DNA of 64,000 nucleotides from Octopus vulgaris (Eukaryota): NCBI GenBank assembly GCA_951406725.2, contig OX597819.1, positions 123,442,001 to 123,506,000 of the forward strand, read 5' to 3'. Shown piece by piece: positions 58,755 to 64,000 of this stretch (position 1 is its first letter; each line of letters starts with the position of its first letter). The notes under the pieces were generated by a model. It saw only the letters and a program-made list of their open reading frames with translations, ran no database searches and was not told where the DNA came from. The position numbers and the translations under genes were made by a program.

Positions 58755-59448
58755 TTTGGCGATTTAAATAAGAGTTTTGACTGTTATTTCCAGCAGCTAA
58801 ACATACTTAGTATGTCCTTTGATTAATTTTCATTCTTCAGTTATTTAATCCTTCTTAGGGGCCTGCAATCGCCTATGTTATTGATTTTGTTATTATCATT
58901 TTTAAATTGCTACACTAGATAATAATAGAGTCAATGATATCTTCGCAAATATTTTCTCTGTATTGAAATTATTTTCAGACTGGTGGGTGCTATGATTCGA
59001 CGCAAAACGCATCAGTTGCAGCACAGACTCTAACATGACTGGTTGGGGCTCTCCATCATGGTAACGCGTCCTGAGAATTTTGGGGGCTATTATGCCGGTC
59101 CAGAAACCAGTCCCCGTGAGTCCAGATACTTGAATGTATGATGAGAGATTGTCTTAGTCCGTTTGCCTTCGAACGGTTGATTTCTGTAGTTTTTATCAGT
59201 GTAACTTGGTGATTTAAATAAGAGTTTTTACTGTTATTTCCAGCAGGTAGACATACTTAATATGCCCTTTGATTAATTTTAATCCTTCAGCTATATAAGG
59301 ATTTTTTTTTTTTAGTGGGGATGCCTGCTATTGCCTATATTATTTATTCTGTTATTATTAATTTTAAACTGTTACACTAGATAACAATAGAGTCAATGAT
59401 CGCTTCGAAAATATTTTCTCGTGAATTATTTACTCCGTATTGAAATTA
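58755..59448. repeat. ~200-bp direct repeats (58755-58970, 59205-59448)
   Basis: gatttaaataagagtttt...ctagataa(t/c)aatagagtcaatgat occurs twice. Confidence 0.8.
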
Positions 59449-61419
59449 TATATATATATCTTACATGGAAAAATGCGAGCATGAATAGTAATATTCCTAA
59501 GATTATAAACCTGGAAAAGTACAGGACAGGTTATTACACCTGGAAAAGTATAGGACAAGCTATTACTTCTAGTAAAGTAAAGAATAAGGAACTTTTTACT
59601 TAAAATATTGCAGCGAAGAATGCCAGTTCTTCTAATTTATCACTCTTTATAGTTCTCATCTTTTAAATGTATTGTACAAAACTTTTCAGCTAATTTGTAA
59701 GTTTGTCTAATTAGTAACTTTTTTCTGTATTTAATGTAGTGAATTAGTCAAATTCTACTTAGATAAGTATAGTGTTATTTGTAAACTATAATAAAATAAT
59801 TTTAATATTCAAATTTTAATTTTAGCTGCACCATCCTCTAGCAGACAACAGGATCGCGACAGAGACTCAGTTTAGTGCTGCTTGGCCCATCCCCAGTGGC
59901 GAGCACCCGGTCACCAGAGCGATAGATAGGTGTCAATTCATATCTTTTCCAACAAATTTTAAAATTCATTATGGGTATGTCATGTCATTTAAAAGCCGTT
60001 AATGAAATTGAATTGTACATTTATAATTATATATTTTTAAATACATTTTTATACATAAGGTTCTTCTCTGTGTCTGACTTTATAATCTAAAGTAAGAAAT
60101 AGACTTTTTTCGTATTTCACTCATCCTCCTACCATTCACCGGCTATGTTATTTTCATTATTCTTATGCTCCAAATATACGTTTTACCTGTTATAATGGAC
60201 CCCTTTATATTGCATTATTGCTTTCATCTAACTTCCATTGTACTATTTCTAACTATTCTTCAGTTTCTTTAAGATTATCTTTATAATTACTACTCGACAT
60301 TATCATTGTTATATCTTATTATATTTTTCCTGATTTGCATGACATTTTTACTAGTTATATTTTTATTATCCAAATTCTTTTATTATGACAATACCCTGCT
60401 ACTTGTTTATTATAACCCCTTTTTTCCTGTTCAGTTTTTATCTACCATAATCTCTCTTTTACTATTATCATTTCGGTTTCATATAATGGTGTTATACTAC
60501 GCTATTAATTGTATACTTTCTTAGTTATCTATTAACACGACGAATTACCATCCTTATTCCTCCCTTTCCATTCTATACATAGAATACTTGTTTCTATGGC
60601 TCCATCAAGCACACTTATTAATAAAGATTTATGGATGAGTGTTAAGCAGATAAACATATAAAAAAGCATGAAGCTTACTTTTCGCTTTTAAGCATATATC
60701 TCTAGTTGAGTCGTTTCATAATGGGAACTGAACTACCTCTTTCTTAATTGTGGAGAGGAGACGTCCGGCTGTTCCTTCCCCAACCTACCACATGGACTAA
60801 CCACCTTCAAAGCTATAAATCTTAAATACACCCAACCTGTTTATGACGTCTGCTATAAAACCATTTTAAAATTTGTTTTGATTTGGCAAACTCATTCTGC
60901 GGCCAGCGATGATCGTGGAATCAAAATATATGCACATGCCATGGATGATCTGTTTTTAAATGTTCTGAATAACGTAGGTCGTGTATTCATCTGAGGAAAA
61001 TGGCTTTTTATAACGATAAATTTATCCATAATCAATTAAAAACTGTAGCAAATTGAAATCGATCCATCATTGGTTATCTATTTATCTACGATTCACTTCT
61101 CTCGTAACTGCTCCTAGCGTGATCTGAAGTGTATTTTGGACCGTATATTTAAGAGACTATGCCTTTCTGGATTAGCCCATGGGCTGATGATACACTAAGT
61201 TGGGTTCAATTAATTGTATATATAACCTTAATATCTTTCTGTATTTCGGTGGCAATGTTTTTATTCGTCTATGGTTGCTTTGTTAAATTTTGACACAAAC
61301 CAGTGCCTTAACATCTATGTCCCTTATTCACCTGACTTGAACTATAGATAAATATATATGTGTGTTTTGTGTTTGTGTTTGTGTGTGTGTAAACAACAAA
61401 TACATACACACATATATAC

Positions 61420-61455
61420 ATAGACAGACAAACAAACAGACAGGCAGACAGACGA

Positions 61456-61494
<39 letters not shown>

Positions 61495-61555
61495 GGATGG
61501 ATGGATGGATGGATGGATGGATGGATGGATGGATGGATGGATGGATGGATGGATG

Positions 61556-61642
<87 letters not shown>
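61420..61642. repeat. Compound (CAGA)n(GGAT)n(GATA)n microsatellite
   Basis: Direct inspection. Confidence 0.95.
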
Positions 61643-61643
<1 letters not shown>

Positions 61644-61864
61644 TTGAAGTTATGACAGGTAATGGTATCAAGAAGACCCACAGGTGTCAAGTAATGCTGA
61701 GTAAGTGCTATGGACAGACAATAGTTAAGCTCCAGGTTCGGTGATTATGCGAATGAGGAGTCCAGCGTAGGTCATATATTAGCATGCATATATATATAAA
61801 AAAGTAATAGAATGAGATAAAAAAAATCCAAAACTGTGAAAGATTTCAGAATATTTATAAAGAG

Positions 61865-61912
61865 GTCTTACAGCTGTTTCCTGGATATTTTATATATCCC
61901 GTCATCAGAGAC
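61865..61912 (-). ncRNA. Minimal type I hammerhead ribozyme motif
   Basis: GTCT-CTGATGA-CG-GGATAT ataaa ATATCC-AG-GAAAC AGCT GTA^AGAC: conserved core with stems I-III. Confidence 0.7.
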
Positions 61913-62106
61913 GGTGCGAGAAAATGTTTAAGTAATAGTTATTTTAGTGAAGATATGAAATACAGAGAGAAGTGGAGGAGGAAAAACAGACGTGAGATAC
62001 GTATCCCACGTCTGTTTCCATTCCTTCACTTGACTCTGTATTTTCATATCTCCTGTATAATAACTATGGAATTTTTTTATCTCATTCTGTTAATTATATA
62101 TATATA

Positions 62107-62489
62107 TCTCTCTATATATAAACGGCAGTTTGTCTGTGCGTGTTTCTGTGTGTCTGTTTGCTTGTACCCTCACCCTGACCACGGCTTTCAACCGATTCTG
62201 ATGAAACTTGACACACACATAGCCCAATGTCATAATTCAAAACTAACGCAGCGAAAATTTTGAAAAGTTCCCCCAGTTCTGAAAAAAATCGATAAATTCG
62301 ATATGGGGTCGAGAATCAGAAACACAAACCGCAAACTGTCTAGGGGACGCAACTCCACCTTTTTTACTCTCAAAAAAAATTTACCATAATTTTTTTCCAT
62401 TTTTTTGCTATTTTTTGGCTATAACTCTCTAAAAATGCTTTATAGTTATTTCCCTTACAAACCTGAGCAACGCCGGGCGATACTGCTAG
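62107..62489 (+). mobile_element. Non-autonomous Helitron
   Basis: 5' TC...TATATATAAA, 3' CCTGAGCAACGCCGGGCGATACTGCTAG|T; last ~70 bp shared with 54243-54637. Confidence 0.8.
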
Positions 62490-63297
62490 TATATATATAT
62501 ACATACATACATACATTTAAAAATATACATACATACATACATACATACATATGTATGCATGTATGCATTCATGTATGATGACGGGTCTCTGTATGTGAAT
62601 GCACGTGGCTTAATAATTAGTTCTAAAAGGGTAATTGGCTTACAATCTTAAGTTCGATTCTCGGTGGCGCTTTTTGGCCTTGAGCAAGATACTTCATTTC
62701 AAGTTGCTCCTGTCAACTCGGCTGGCAAAAATGAGTAGAAAGGGCCGGCGTTGTAATACTCTATGTCGCGCTAGATCTCCTTGAAGATTATGTTAAAGGT
62801 ATGTGTACCTGTGGTATGCTCAGAAACTTGCACGTTAATTTCACGACCAGGCTGTTCCATTGATCGGATCAACTGAAACACATATCACCTTAATCGATGG
62901 AGTACCAGTTATGCATGTTCTGTTCTGTTTTTAATCATTTAAATTCTTTCTCTCAAGGAGCTGGTTTGTAACAAAGATACAAAGCTCAATCGTTGGAATA
63001 TAGATAATGGAAAAAAGTCATTTTAAATTTCAGAAACATCTTGCAGAGTTTTACTGTACCTCTTACTGGTTGTCATTTTCTGAAAATCCAAGTCTGTGTA
63101 GACTGTATGTTTGTCATTTACTCAGAAAAATCATGCCTTTATTCATATAAAGGCAAACTTGTAACCTGGATGTAGAAGATGGATCTTTCGAAGTAGTTGT
63201 CCATAGTATATCTCATTCTCTTTGATTTTGAGACAGATATTCACGTCAGCAGGACAGCTGGCTCTTATGACAGTACATACTTTTGCATACGGATTCT

Positions 63298-63529
63298 TAT
63301 TTCTTTTAGTGCCCACAAAGGGCTAAACACAGAGGGGACAAACAAGGGCAGACAAACGGATTAAGTCGATTAGATCGACCCTAGTGCGTAACTGGTACTT
63401 AATTTATCGACCCCGAAAGGATGAAAGGCAAAGTCGACCTCGGAGGAATTTGAACTCAGAACGTAGCGGCAGGCGAAATACCGCTAAGAATTTCGCCCGG
63501 CGCGCTAACGTTTCTGCCAGCTCGCCGCT
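63298..63529 (-). mobile_element. Same SINE family, monomer
   Basis: TSD ttttgcatac(g/a)gattct; empty site at ~38420-38435. Confidence 0.88.
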
Positions 63530-64000
63530 TTTTGCATACAGATTCTGTCATCGTCGATTTCAGATCAACTAATTAACCTTCTCCTCGAAATAATGCCGTG
63601 ACTTGGCAGTTTATTTTACTGACACATTGTTTTCATTTAATTTTCAGACAGAATTCGCATGACACATTACTAGAAAGGTAAACGCTTGTATTTCAGTCGT
63701 GTTTGTACGCACATCCTCTGTGTACATGTACGTGTACAAACCATAATGTGCCTGCAATTTGTACTGGCAATGGTACGCTAGACGTGTCTCCGTATGTATC
63801 GGGTCATTAAGAATGAAATTTCCGATTTTCTTATGCACGAAGTTTGACAGACGTTAACTCGAATGCTTCATCCAATGTTTTACAACATTGAAGATTTACA
63901 TTTCGAAATGACATTCGTGGTGTCTGACTATATTGTGAGTTTTCACCTGTAAATCAATTTTTGTAAACCCATGGGTAGATCAAAATTCGTGTTGTTTATG

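Overview
AT-rich, repeat-saturated animal genomic DNA. The SINE repertoire and (TA)n/(TG)n load look like octopus/coleoid cephalopod; this is from recall, not a search. Nearly all ORFs in the supplied track are microsatellite or transposon artefacts. The real gene content is a minus-strand tandem array of paralogs that the ORF track misses because the exons are only 15-132 nt. Gene A (CDS 9742-14549) and gene B (CDS 35553-46245) are complete, and the 3' end of a third paralog C lies at 57680-57819. A and B each encode a ~120-aa putative secreted protein with an N-terminal hydrophobic signal-like segment and 11 position-conserved cysteines. Their GT-AG exons have identical lengths (70/126/132/15 nt plus a terminal exon), and both have a 20-nt upstream micro-exon. 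Exons 2-3 of A and B differ by 36 amino-acid replacements but only 4 silent changes in codons of unchanged residues, while some non-coding blocks are ~97-99% identical. This is the pattern of toxin-like, diversifying-selection gene families. The rest of the window holds a full-length mariner, a full-length maT/DD37D-like Tc1/mariner element, a long-TIR MITE carrying TTAGGG repeats, two non-autonomous Helitrons, three SINE families, LINE and Penelope-like remnants, several minimal hammerhead ribozyme motifs, and many long inverted duplications.
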